A DNA stretch of 64,000 bases from Acidimicrobiia bacterium (GTDB taxonomy: Bacteria; Actinomycetota; Acidimicrobiia; Acidimicrobiales; Bin134): positions 4,513 through 68,512 of the forward strand of contig JAJECA010000010.1 of NCBI GenBank assembly GCA_022822265.1, read 5' to 3'. The translations under genes and the position numbers were made by a program. The notes below the pieces were generated by a model. That model did not search any database. It saw only the letters and a program-made list of their open reading frames with translations, and was not told the origin of the DNA. This document shows, piece by piece, positions 16,781 to 26,329 of the stretch. The first letter of the stretch is position 1. Every line of letters starts with the position of its first letter.

Positions 16781-17671
16781 GTGGTGGTCCGAGTGCCCCG
16801 ATCTGAGTCGGTTTCCCCCGAGCCGCTGTTTGTGGTGGGGGCGGTGTCGCAGTATCTGGGCGCGGCGGTAGCTGTTCACCTGTTCGACGAAATTGCCCCG
16901 GCTGGGGTGGCGCTGGTGCGGGTGCTGGGAGCAGCGGTGATGATCATCCTGCTGCGCCGCTCCTGGCAGCGCCGATGGAAGGCCAGCGACCTGGCGTGGG
17001 CCTCGGCCTTCGGTGTGGCGCTGGCGGCCATGAACCTGTCGATCTATCTGTCCATTGATGAGCTGCCACTGGGCAACGCGGTGGCCATCGAGTTCACCGG
17101 CCCGATACTGGTGGCCGCGGCCTTCACTCGCACCCTGCGGTCGGGGGCTGCCCTGCTGCTGGCCGCGGGCGGCGTGGTGGTGCTGGCCGGAGTGGAGGCC
17201 GAGGGCACCATGCGGGGAGTGGGGTTCGCCCTGCTGGCCGGAATGTTCTGGGCCGGCTACATCGTGCTCGGCCACCGGGTGGCCCGAGGTCCGGCCGCAG
17301 TTGACGGGTTGGGCCTGGGAATGCTGGCCGGCGCGGCGGCCATCAGCGGATTCGGCGCACCAGAGCTCGGGCCAGCCCTGGATTCGCCGCTGGTGCTGCT
17401 TTTGGCCCTGGTCACTGGGTTGTTGTCCAACGTCATCCCCTACTGGATCGACCAATTGGTGATGAGGCGCATCACCCAACACCGCTTTGCCCTCCTTCAG
17501 GCGCTGCTCCCGGCCACCGCGGTGCTGGTGGGCATAGCCGTGCTAATCCAGGTGCCGAGCACTCGAGAATTGTTTGGCATCGCCTTGGTGATCGCCGCTA
17601 TCTTGCTCAGCCGCTCCGTTAAGGGACCCGGCGGCACTGCGGCCGGGACGGGCATACGGGCAACGGATTAA
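16781..17671 (+). CDS. EamA/DMT family transporter
   Basis: About 10 hydrophobic segments in two EamA-like halves. 296 aa. GTG start. Confidence 0.8.
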   Translation: MVVRVPRSESVSPEPLFVVGAVSQYLGAAVAVHLFDEIAPAGVALVRVLGAAVMIILLRRSWQRRWKASDLAWASAFGVALAAMNLSIYLSIDELPLGNAVAIEFTGPILVAAAFTRTLRSGAALLLAAGGVVVLAGVEAEGTMRGVGFALLAGMFWAGYIVLGHRVARGPAAVDGLGLGMLAGAAAISGFGAPELGPALDSPLVLLLALVTGLLSNVIPYWIDQLVMRRITQHRFALLQALLPATAVLVGIAVLIQVPSTRELFGIALVIAAILLSRSVKGPGGTAAGTGIRATD

Positions 17672-17729
17672 TCGAGATTGATCGTCAATTCAGTCTCCCC
17701 AATCAGTCTGGACACCCAAAAGCCCCAAA

Positions 17730-18146
17730 ATGCGCCCATTTCGCTTGCTTGGTTTTCTCGCCCTGTCCGGGTTCATCATGGTTGCCTCCAGCGGCCGGAT
17801 CGACAGCTTCGATGTCCACGATGTTGAGCAGTGGCGTCCGCTGGTGGCCGAGATTTTCCCGGCCGATGAGGTAGACGACGTTCTCACGGTGATGGCTTGT
17901 GAGTCGGAGGGCAATCCCGGCACCCGCTACATGGAGGAATGGGGAGTGGAATCGGTAGGGCTAATGCAGATCAACGAGGGCTGGCTAACCGGCTGGAGCC
18001 GCCCGGAATGGTCGATCCTCTCCCACAACGGCCAACCCGTCGACCTCACCGATCCGGCCACGAACCTGCAAGCCGCCAAGTTCATCCGGTTCTTCGAGGA
18101 CTCCACCGACCAAGAACCATGGTCGCAGTGGGCCTGCCAGCCCTAG
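17730..18146 (+). CDS. secreted lysozyme-like / transglycosylase domain protein
   Basis: N-terminal signal or anchor (FRLLGFLALSGFIMVASSG), then ACESEGNP...VGLMQIN, which resembles the catalytic Glu-Ser and GLxQ motifs of SLT/Rpf-like domains. Confidence 0.65.
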   Translation: MRPFRLLGFLALSGFIMVASSGRIDSFDVHDVEQWRPLVAEIFPADEVDDVLTVMACESEGNPGTRYMEEWGVESVGLMQINEGWLTGWSRPEWSILSHNGQPVDLTDPATNLQAAKFIRFFEDSTDQEPWSQWACQP

Positions 18147-18167
18147 ACCCAGGATTGGCCGGTACCC

Positions 18168-18524
18168 TTGAGCGTGTCGTTCTTAGGCATTTACGACGCC
18201 GACGGGGGACTCGGCGGGGAGTTGCGGTATGTGGCCGGCAAGCTGCTGGGCCGGGGCAAGTGTGCTCTGTGCGACATCACCCACGGCTGGAACCCCATGG
18301 GATCCAAGAGCTGGAAGCAGGCCTGCGCGGTGTCAGAAGTCGAGTTGGAGCTCTTGCATCGAAATGAGGTCACCGCTGAGCAACTCGCCTCCACCACCGG
18401 GCTGCCCGCCATCCTGCGCATGGACGACGACGGACTGTGGAGTGAGGCAATCCCGGCGTCAGAGCTATCCCAGTACGTGGGCGCCCCCGACGCACTGCTG
18501 GAACGCCTGGAACAGCTCTCGTAG
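18168..18524 (+). CDS. hypothetical protein (118 aa, CxxC-containing)
   Basis: ORF with coding-like composition in an otherwise empty gap. It contains GKCALCDITHGW. The start is uncertain (TTG at 18168 or GTG at 18174). Confidence 0.5.
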   Translation: MSVSFLGIYDADGGLGGELRYVAGKLLGRGKCALCDITHGWNPMGSKSWKQACAVSEVELELLHRNEVTAEQLASTTGLPAILRMDDDGLWSEAIPASELSQYVGAPDALLERLEQLS

Positions 18525-18533
18525 TCGCCGCGC

Positions 18534-19709
18534 TCAGTTGGTGGAGAACGGCAGGTACTCGTAGCGGCGGGTCGACCAGCCGCCGGCGAAGCGGGCGGCG
18601 TCCTCGTCCACCGAGTAGTCCGGAAACCGCCGCAGTATCTCTTCGAGGGCCACCCGGCACTGGAGCCGGGCCACGGACGCACCGAGGCAGTGGTGGGCGC
18701 CGTAGCCCAGGGTAACGATCTTGTCGATCTTGCGCTTCACGTCGAGCTCTCCGGCGGTGGGTCCGAACTCCCGCTCGTCCCGGTTGGCTGAGGCGAAGAG
18801 CAGCAGCGCCTTCTTTCCCTCGGGAATGGTGACCCCGTGCAGGGTCACATCGCGGGTCAGCGTGCGGGCCAGGTTCTGCACCGGGGAGGTGAGCCGCAGC
18901 AGCTCCTCCACCGCGTTGGGAATCATCGTTGGGTCGTCGATGAGCATCTGGCGCTGGTCCCGATGGCGGTCGAGCAGCACCGTGGAACTGCCGAGCATGC
19001 CGGTGACGGTGTCGTTGCCCCCGGTGATCATGGTGAAGATGAACCCCACGATCCACATGGCCGATGCCACATCCTCGCCCTGCTCAACCAGGCCGGTCAC
19101 CAGATCGTCGCCGGGATCGGTCTTGCGGCGCTCGATCAGCCCGGTGGCGTACTCGAACAGCTCCAAAAACGCGCTCTGGTCCTGGCCGTAGGCCGCGGTG
19201 GACTCGGCGGTGGCCTGCACGATGCGCTCGGTCCAGCGGTCGAACAGCACCCGGTCTTCGGGGGGGACGCCCAGGTAGTGGGCCACCAGATAGCTGGGCA
19301 GGGGCTTGAACAGCGCCTGGATGATGTCGACGTCGCCAGCGTCGGCCACCGCGTCGAGTTTGTCGGTGATGAACTCCCTAACCAGATCCTCCACCGGGGC
19401 CACCTGGCGGGGGGTCATCGGCCGGCTCACCAGTCGGCGCATGGCGGTGTGCTCGGGCGGGTCCATCATCACGATGGGGCGGGCCTTCTCGTCGAAGCTG
19501 GCCATGTCGTCGGGTGCGGTGGTCAGGCCGTTGGCCGACGAGTAGGTGGCGGTGTCGCGGGCAGCAGCGAACACGTCGTCGAACCGGGACAGCACCCAGA
19601 ACTCGCCGTCGCCCACCTCGTGCACTGGATCCTCATCGCGCAGGGCCCGGTAGTCGTCCCACGGCTCGGCCCAGGTGTCGCCGCTGCGATAGGCGAATTT
19701 GACGGCCAT
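18534..19709 (-). CDS. cytochrome P450
   Basis: Heme-binding loop GYGAHHCLGASVAR, EELLR (ExxR) motif. 391 aa. Confidence 0.9.
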   Translation of the reverse strand: MAVKFAYRSGDTWAEPWDDYRALRDEDPVHEVGDGEFWVLSRFDDVFAAARDTATYSSANGLTTAPDDMASFDEKARPIVMMDPPEHTAMRRLVSRPMTPRQVAPVEDLVREFITDKLDAVADAGDVDIIQALFKPLPSYLVAHYLGVPPEDRVLFDRWTERIVQATAESTAAYGQDQSAFLELFEYATGLIERRKTDPGDDLVTGLVEQGEDVASAMWIVGFIFTMITGGNDTVTGMLGSSTVLLDRHRDQRQMLIDDPTMIPNAVEELLRLTSPVQNLARTLTRDVTLHGVTIPEGKKALLLFASANRDEREFGPTAGELDVKRKIDKIVTLGYGAHHCLGASVARLQCRVALEEILRRFPDYSVDEDAARFAGGWSTRRYEYLPFSTN

Positions 19710-19713
19710 GGGC

Positions 19714-21516
19714 TCAGCTCAGCTCGAGGCCTTCGAGGGACCCCTCTTCGCGCCACGCCTTTAGGAGCTTGAAGAACTCCTGGGCACCACCGCCGTAGGT
19801 GCCACCGAACCAGCCGGGGCCATCGTCGGGCTTGCCCTCGTTGTTGTAGTAGCCGGGGGTGCACGACTCCAGGAAGCCGGCCCGGCGATAGGCCGACTCC
19901 ATGATGACGCGCACCCAGTCGGACTCGGCCTGCTCGGTGGGCTCGACAACGGTCGCCCCCGCAGACAGTCCGCGCTCGACGATGTAGGCCACGTGCTGGC
20001 TCTGCTCGTTGTAGAGCTCGGTGAAGTTGGGCGAGACCCCCGACTGGATGCCGCCCATGTGCAACAGGTTGGGGTATCCCCGGCTGACCACCCCGTGGAA
20101 GGTGGACATGCCATCGGCCCAACGCTCGCTCAGCGTCACGCCGCCCCGGCCGTAGATCTCGCAGTTGGCCCGGTGGGAGTAGTCGGTGCCCACCTCGAAC
20201 CCGGTGGCGAAGATGATGCAGTCCAGCTCGTACTCCTGGCCTCCGGCCATCACGCCCCTGGGGGTGATGCGCTCGACGCCTTGCCCGTCGGTGTCCACCA
20301 GGGTGACGTTGTCGCGGTTGAAGGTGGGCAGATAGTCGTCGTGGAAGCACGGCCGCTTGCAGAACTGCCGGTAGTAGGGCTTGAGCGCCTCGGCGATGGA
20401 CGAGTCTTCGATCAGCTCGTCTACCCGGCTGCGGATCTGCTCCATCTTCTGGAAGTCGGCCATCTCCATGGCCTCGGCGATCTCCTCGGGCGTGCCCAGA
20501 CGGGCACCCTCGCCCAGCGCGGTGAGGTTGCGCAGGATGTCGGTCCAGCCGTCACTGACCAGGTCTTCCTCCTGCATACTGCCGGCCACGATGTTGCCGA
20601 AGTTCTCAATGCGGTTCTGCTGCCAGCCGGGCTCCAGCGACATGGCCCACTCCGGGTCGGTGGGGCGGTTGCCCCGCACGTCGATGGACGACGGGGTGCG
20701 CTGGAACACGTACAGGTGCTGGGCGGCTTCGCCCACATGGGGGATGCACTGCACCGCGGTGGCGCCGGTGCCGATCACCCCGATCACCTTGTCGGACAGC
20801 TTGGTCAGGTTCCCGTTGGTGTCGCCGCCGGTGTAGTCGTAGTCCCACCTGCTGGTGTGGAACGAGTGGCCCTCATAGGTGTCGATGCCGGCGATGCCGG
20901 GCAGCTTGGGCCGGCTGAGCGGCCCAATGGCCATGATCACGAAGCGGGCCCGCATCCGGTCGTTGTGGTTGGTGTGCAGCACCCAGCGGTGGTCGGCGTC
21001 GTCCCAGTGCATCTCGTGTACCCGGGTGCCGAAGCACACGTCGCGGTACAGGTCGAAGTGGCGGCCCAGCTCCTTGCAGTGCTCCAGGATCTCCGGGCCG
21101 TAGGAGTACTTCTCCTTGGGCATGTAATCGAGCTCTTCCAACAGGGGCAGGTAGATGTACGACTCGATGTCGCACTGCACGCCGGGGTACTGGTTCCAGT
21201 ACCAGGTGCCGCCGAACTCGGCCCCGGTCTCGATCATCCGGATGCTCTCCACCCCCATCTGGCGCAGCCGGGCCCCGGCCAGAAGCCCGCTGAACCCCGT
21301 GCCGATGATGGCCACGTCAACCTCGTCGGTCAGCGGCTCCCGGACGATGCCAGCTTGCGATGGATCGTCCAGATAGCGGGAGAACTCCCCGTCCATGGCG
21401 ATGTACTGGTCGTTGCCGTCGGACCGCAGGCGCTTGTCCCGTTCCTCGCGATACTTCTCCCGGAGAGCGTTGGGGTCGAAGTCCATCCCGGTGTCGGAAG
21501 AGAGAGTGTCGGTCAT
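19714..21516 (-). CDS. Baeyer-Villiger (flavin-containing) monooxygenase
   Basis: GTGFSGL and GTGATA dinucleotide motifs, GGTWYWNQYPG, and a BVMO fingerprint-like YEGHSFHTSRWD. 600 aa. It ends 4 nt upstream of the P450 start. Confidence 0.9.
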   Translation of the reverse strand: MTDTLSSDTGMDFDPNALREKYREERDKRLRSDGNDQYIAMDGEFSRYLDDPSQAGIVREPLTDEVDVAIIGTGFSGLLAGARLRQMGVESIRMIETGAEFGGTWYWNQYPGVQCDIESYIYLPLLEELDYMPKEKYSYGPEILEHCKELGRHFDLYRDVCFGTRVHEMHWDDADHRWVLHTNHNDRMRARFVIMAIGPLSRPKLPGIAGIDTYEGHSFHTSRWDYDYTGGDTNGNLTKLSDKVIGVIGTGATAVQCIPHVGEAAQHLYVFQRTPSSIDVRGNRPTDPEWAMSLEPGWQQNRIENFGNIVAGSMQEEDLVSDGWTDILRNLTALGEGARLGTPEEIAEAMEMADFQKMEQIRSRVDELIEDSSIAEALKPYYRQFCKRPCFHDDYLPTFNRDNVTLVDTDGQGVERITPRGVMAGGQEYELDCIIFATGFEVGTDYSHRANCEIYGRGGVTLSERWADGMSTFHGVVSRGYPNLLHMGGIQSGVSPNFTELYNEQSQHVAYIVERGLSAGATVVEPTEQAESDWVRVIMESAYRRAGFLESCTPGYYNNEGKPDDGPGWFGGTYGGGAQEFFKLLKAWREEGSLEGLELS

Positions 21517-21536
21517 GGCTCACTACGATACGGCCC

Positions 21537-21995
21537 ATGACCTTTGAGGCTCGATTCGACCTGAGTGACGTGGACTGGACCCATATGGAGGGTGGCCCGG
21601 AGTTCGACTATCCCATCGAGTTCGACGTGGCCGTGCTCGGCTCCCAGGCCGACCTCGGCACGCTCGACTTGCTGGTGCGCTTCGCCCCCCACTCCCACTG
21701 TCACTTCCACCGCCACGTGGCCACCACCCGCACCCTGGTGCTCCAGGGCGAGCACCATGTGTTCGATGTGGGTTCCAACGGCGAGACCGTCCACAAGATC
21801 AAGCCCGCTGGCACCTACAGCCAGAGCCCCGCTGGCGAAATTCACATGGAGCGGGGCGGACCCGATGGGGCCATCGTGCTGTTCAACCTGCACACCCCCA
21901 CCGGTGTGCTGTTTGAAACCCTCGACGCCGACCACAACGTGTTGGCCCAATCCACCATCGAGTCGATGTCTGAGGGTCCCTTGATGGGGGCTTGA
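21537..21995 (+). CDS. cupin-like domain protein
   Basis: HSHCHFHRHVATTRTLVLQGEH...GEIHME is a cupin metal-site-like pattern. Internal ATG at 21537 of track ORF 21360..21995. It is divergent from the BVMO gene. Confidence 0.6.
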   Translation: MTFEARFDLSDVDWTHMEGGPEFDYPIEFDVAVLGSQADLGTLDLLVRFAPHSHCHFHRHVATTRTLVLQGEHHVFDVGSNGETVHKIKPAGTYSQSPAGEIHMERGGPDGAIVLFNLHTPTGVLFETLDADHNVLAQSTIESMSEGPLMGA

Positions 21996-22448
21996 TCCAA
22001 TTTCAATGAACAATTCGTCCTAGCGTCGCTCTCGTTTACCCCTGTCTATGTAATACAACAATGCAAGTCCCCTGACCACTCCTAACTCGTCATGGCCAGA
22101 GTGGACTATGGGGTCGTCCTAGACCATTAGACTTCCTTGTGTCTCTATTCCCTAGATTTGTTTCGAATCTCATTGCTAGGCAGAACGCAAACACGACACT
22201 GGTAAACCACAGAGAACACCATCGATCGCATCGTCCAGCTGGAGAGGGTAGGTATCGCCGGCTCTTTTGACCCGCGCCTAGCCCCATACGGCCTGCGTGG
22301 CGATGGAACCGCGTAGCGGAGTGCATGAAACTTGCCCCAGGCCAACAATCACAGCCCACAGTCAACCATGACCTCTCCCTCTTTGCCGCGCCCAGCCTCC
22401 TCTGCTATCATTAGTCCGCTTCACGACGTCCAGATTCAAGGTTCACTG

Positions 22449-22877
22449 ATGAACGACACTATACAAAAATTCGGATATCCAGAGTCCCTAATCTTAGAAA
22501 CCTCCCATTGGGTGGTTCTCCTCCGAGCGAAACAAGTCACCATTGGTTCATTAGTCCTTGCATGTAAAGGTCCAGCGCAAACGCTCGCAGAAATTTCAAC
22601 TGAAGCTGCGAAGGACATGCCTCTCGCTGTCAAACTTCTCGAAGACATCCTACAAAAGTCCTTCTCCCCCAACAAGATCAATTATCTTGCCCTTATGATG
22701 GTAGATCCGCATGTACACTTCCACGTAATACCGAGGTATTCGTCCGAAGTCGAATTAGAAGGAACACTCTACAAAGATACAGGCTGGCCAAAACACCCCG
22801 CAATGACCCAACCGCTAGAACTGACTACTACCCAACTCGACTACGTCAAGTCCCGTCTTCTGGCCAATTCTCCATAG
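22449..22877 (+). CDS. HIT (histidine triad) family protein
   Basis: DPHVHFHVIPRY is a histidine-triad HxHxHxx motif. About 142 aa from the ATG at 22449 (the track ORF begins at 22332). It lies in the low-GC island. Confidence 0.75.
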   Translation: MNDTIQKFGYPESLILETSHWVVLLRAKQVTIGSLVLACKGPAQTLAEISTEAAKDMPLAVKLLEDILQKSFSPNKINYLALMMVDPHVHFHVIPRYSSEVELEGTLYKDTGWPKHPAMTQPLELTTTQLDYVKSRLLANSP

Positions 22878-22903
22878 CTGTCAGGGAACACTAACGCCTC
22901 AGC

Positions 22904-23659
22904 ATGAATATAACGCCAGTAATTTTAGCGGGCGGCCAAGGCACCCGTTTGCAACCCCGAACCCTGCACCTACCCAAACCTCTACTTCCAATCATGCGGA
23001 AGCCTTTAATTGGCCACATCCTTGACTTTCTAGACCATTCCCGCGCCCGCCGACCTATCATTGTGGTAGACTACCTCGCACCAATCTTGGAATCTTATCT
23101 GGTTGGCGAGAACATAAAAGTCCTGCGTTCTTCTAATGCCACCATGGCCGAAAACTTTCTTATAGCCACCTCTGAAGAACCCAACGCGGAATTCTATTGG
23201 GGGTTAAGCAGTGACGTTCTCATCCCTACCCGAATAGCCCCCATGGTAGATGACCTCTGCAATAATACAAATGAGTCTTTTCTCATACTCGCCGAATTAC
23301 CTTCGTTGGGCCACAAGAGATGGAAATACGTAGAACAAGATGGGTATCTTGTCGACATTGTTATCCAAACAAATCGCACATCAACTGAACGGGCTAGCCT
23401 TGTTCTCCACGCAGAAGCTATCTCATTACTCAACGAAACCCTATCAAGGCCGATAACCGAAGTGCCCTCTGATGACCAAATGGCCGGTTACCAAACAGGC
23501 TGGACATTCCTGCTCAAACATCTTGCCATCCGCAATCATCCCATACGAATATTGCGGTCCGGTCTGCCCGTCTACAACATTAATGTGCCAACTGATCTTC
23601 CTGGGGCCCAGAGCTTCATCAGGGACCACTTCACTCACGCGCTTCCGACAAATCCATAA
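22904..23659 (+). CDS. sugar-phosphate nucleotidyltransferase (NTP_transferase family)
   Basis: MNITPVILAGGQGTRLQPRTLHLPKPLLPI is the canonical GxGTRL...KPL N-terminal signature. 251 aa. Confidence 0.85.
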   Translation: MNITPVILAGGQGTRLQPRTLHLPKPLLPIMRKPLIGHILDFLDHSRARRPIIVVDYLAPILESYLVGENIKVLRSSNATMAENFLIATSEEPNAEFYWGLSSDVLIPTRIAPMVDDLCNNTNESFLILAELPSLGHKRWKYVEQDGYLVDIVIQTNRTSTERASLVLHAEAISLLNETLSRPITEVPSDDQMAGYQTGWTFLLKHLAIRNHPIRILRSGLPVYNINVPTDLPGAQSFIRDHFTHALPTNP

Positions 23660-23718
23660 GACTTGTAACTAGATCTTCCTGAATACACTACCCGCCGACC
23701 CCCAGAGCAGCGCGTTTG

Positions 23719-24447
23719 TCAACATTTGTCCGTCCGTTTGGCAATAAACACATGGTGGCTCGAAACCAATCCACGATCTATCATATCATCGCGTGCTTGT
23801 TGGGAATATCCCTCAAAATAAGCGCTCTCCGTAGGTACGCACTTCTCATCTATCCGATGATGTACAACAGCAAATTGAGGTTCCAATAGGTCAATCAATT
23901 GTGCAAAGGAAAAGAAGACATGTTGAATACCTTTCTCAGGCCCATCAAGAGGTTCATACACTAACTTGTCAACTCGTTTGCCTTGAACCAACCTAAAATC
24001 GTTGTCTGTTGCCACATATAAGAACAGATATCCTCCTCTATTGACCAACCTGCTCAATGACAATAGGGCCGCCTTGACATCTTCCACCGACCCGTGATTC
24101 AAGGAGCGAACAGCCAACACTCCGTCATACATTTCACCGTCACGCGCCAACGCCTCAGTGTCCCGAGGATCTATGCAACAAATGCCATTACGAAGTGAAC
24201 ATATGAGAACGTCTCTAGCGACGCGATCCGGTTCCGCCGCCACAACCCTTATGCCTTTGCCCAGAAATAAGTTGGTCAGTTCTCCAGAGCCAGCGCCCAA
24301 ATCTAAAATGACAGGATCACACTGATACCGTACTATCATATTTTGAAACGTGGCTAGGTCATTTGCGAAGGAGGAATAGGACAACCTACCCCCTCCAATA
24401 GAATAAAAGGAATGCCATTCGGATGACACCTGATTTGTAAGCGTCAT
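23719..24447 (-). CDS. class I SAM-dependent methyltransferase
   Basis: VILDLGAGSGELT (motif I) followed by VVAAEPD (acidic motif II). There is a 4-nt overlap with the upstream gene. Confidence 0.85.
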   Translation of the reverse strand: MTLTNQVSSEWHSFYSIGGGRLSYSSFANDLATFQNMIVRYQCDPVILDLGAGSGELTNLFLGKGIRVVAAEPDRVARDVLICSLRNGICCIDPRDTEALARDGEMYDGVLAVRSLNHGSVEDVKAALLSLSRLVNRGGYLFLYVATDNDFRLVQGKRVDKLVYEPLDGPEKGIQHVFFSFAQLIDLLEPQFAVVHHRIDEKCVPTESAYFEGYSQQARDDMIDRGLVSSHHVFIAKRTDKC

Positions 24448-26327
24448 CGTTCTATCAGTGTTTTCAAATGAGTCAGGGATGGTGTTATACCCAAGATTGG
24501 AGTGCGCGCCTTTAAATCAATGTGTTGGGCATACGGATTCAATTGTATTGCCTTCATGCCTAAAATCAACCCTCCAAGAATGTCTGTCCTCAACTTGTCC
24601 CCAACTACTACTGCTTCTTCCGGATTCAATCCAAAATGGTCGAGAACAGCCATAAAGATCCGAGGGTCGGGTTTCAGGAAGCCTGTATGGCAGGAACTCG
24701 TTATCAAGTCTACTGCTCCTCCTAGACCTAACTCTTCAACCACCTGAAGAGAAGGGTTAACTGTATTCGTGACAATAGCTATTCTCAGGCCACTATCTGC
24801 TAACTCTTCGATCGATTCAAATGTGTTTGGCAAAATTTGAACGTGGCGCAAATAGTCCCCCCAGATCGTCAGAAATGTTGATTTGTGCTCAGCGGAGACA
24901 GGGTACCTAGCATTTGGTATGCCCATCTTCAATAGGACTTCAAAAAACCCTTCCTCGTCTATATCGTTTCGCGTCATCCAATTAGCGCGCATTATATCCC
25001 TGAATTGATTCTCATTGGTCAAACCGAAGAGACGTACAATGCGGGGATAGGGATTCACACTTTGTGGAACTTTGATAAGGGTATTCCAGAGGTCCATGAT
25101 TACCAGTTTGACGGTTGAATTGTCTACGTTCGATCCACGATTAATAGTTCGTGGGCGGCGGTTTGGCGGTGATTCCGACCTGGACGAGATTGTCAGTTTA
25201 TGCATCAATCGATTTGCAGCTATGGGTATCCATTGTTCAACTGAAGCTATAGCTTCCTCAAGTGTGCACGGTCTTGGCGCAGATAATTCAATAGCATCTA
25301 TGCCATTGTAATAGTAGAGATCGGAATCATCTGCAACGCCCCCCGCTATTACCACCACTGGTTTGTTGTATTTCTTAGCGTATAGAGCTATGTTGCCAGG
25401 CAGTTTACCTGAAATGCTCCTACGATCTAACACTCCTTCACATGTTATCACCAAATCGCAATCAGCCAATTTGCAATCCAAATCTAGGTAACTGCGCAGT
25501 ACGTCGAAGGAGAACTTTATGTTGGCACCCAGAAGAGCATAAAGCATACCGGCAATTCCCCCGCCGCCCCCCAAACCAGGTATACCCTTCAACATTGTTG
25601 ACAATTGTTCTTCCATCAACGTAGTAAACGACTCGACACCGGCAACTATAGTTTCGAGATCGTCACCGTCCGCCCCCTTCTGAGGGGAGTAGACCCTTGA
25701 CATACACTCACTAGTTCCTAATATGGAAGTCGGGTTGCATGCTACCTCTAAAGAGGCCTCACGGGCTATAAGTTCTGCTAACGGTGATACAATGATTCGG
25801 CGAATGTCCCCCAGGAATCCCCCAACAGGCGGAACTGGCATGTCAAAGGCATCTAGAAATTGTACCCCTAGAGCTGATGCTAGCCCGACCCCGCAATCAA
25901 CAGTTGACGTATCCCCGGTTCCTACTATTATCTCCCTGGCTCCTTCATTGAATGCGTGTTCCACTAGCTGACCTAGTCCGAAGGAGGTTGTGCGAATTGG
26001 ATTCCGTTCTGTTTCCGCTACTAATTCTATGCCCACGGCAGTAGCTGACTCTATTACACAGCGACTATCATCTAGCCACCCTATGCTCCCCATGATCGTT
26101 TCATTGTGCAGGGGATGTAGCGGATGTCTAATCGGAACTTTTTGGATTCGTCCACCTACGGACTCCACTAGGATCTGCGTCAACCCGGACCCGCCGTCTG
26201 CTAACGGAAATTTAACTACATCTAAATTTGGTTCCGTTATTCGCCGAAGGCCCCTCTCTATTAGATCGCACACTTCTCGCGGACTTGCGCTTTCCTTCAT
26301 TCCACCGCTAGCAATAAGGATCTTCAT
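24444..26327 (-). CDS. glycerate kinase fused to a C-terminal HAD-superfamily hydrolase domain
   Basis: The N-terminal ~385 aa read MKILIASGGMKESAS...FPLADGGSGL...GGGGGIAG...VITCEGVLD, which is glycerate kinase class I. After a basic linker come HAD motifs DLWNTL (I), VTNT (II), KPDPRIF (III) and VGDKLRTDILGG (IV). I use the ATG at 26327; the track ORF starts at 26363. Confidence 0.85.
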   Translation of the reverse strand: MKILIASGGMKESASPREVCDLIERGLRRITEPNLDVVKFPLADGGSGLTQILVESVGGRIQKVPIRHPLHPLHNETIMGSIGWLDDSRCVIESATAVGIELVAETERNPIRTTSFGLGQLVEHAFNEGAREIIVGTGDTSTVDCGVGLASALGVQFLDAFDMPVPPVGGFLGDIRRIIVSPLAELIAREASLEVACNPTSILGTSECMSRVYSPQKGADGDDLETIVAGVESFTTLMEEQLSTMLKGIPGLGGGGGIAGMLYALLGANIKFSFDVLRSYLDLDCKLADCDLVITCEGVLDRRSISGKLPGNIALYAKKYNKPVVVIAGGVADDSDLYYYNGIDAIELSAPRPCTLEEAIASVEQWIPIAANRLMHKLTISSRSESPPNRRPRTINRGSNVDNSTVKLVIMDLWNTLIKVPQSVNPYPRIVRLFGLTNENQFRDIMRANWMTRNDIDEEGFFEVLLKMGIPNARYPVSAEHKSTFLTIWGDYLRHVQILPNTFESIEELADSGLRIAIVTNTVNPSLQVVEELGLGGAVDLITSSCHTGFLKPDPRIFMAVLDHFGLNPEEAVVVGDKLRTDILGGLILGMKAIQLNPYAQHIDLKARTPILGITPSLTHLKTLIER

Positions 26328-26329
26328 TG

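Noticed and set aside
19993-21540. 515-aa ORF on the plus strand
   Set aside because: It is antisense to the Baeyer-Villiger monooxygenase gene, has no motifs, and shows a GC-driven open frame.
22091-22100. 10-nt match (ATGGCCAGAG) to the D-arm of tRNA-Val at the far end of the island, considered as a possible att remnant
   Set aside because: It matches the 5' part of the tRNA, not the 3' end. It is in inverted orientation relative to the tRNA gene. It is also short enough to occur by chance in 64 kb.
22090-22365. 91-aa and 67-aa minus-strand ORFs in the left margin of the low-GC island
   Set aside because: They are Cys/Arg/Trp-rich with odd composition, no motif and no RBS. I treat this as a non-coding island margin, although an ncRNA is not excluded.
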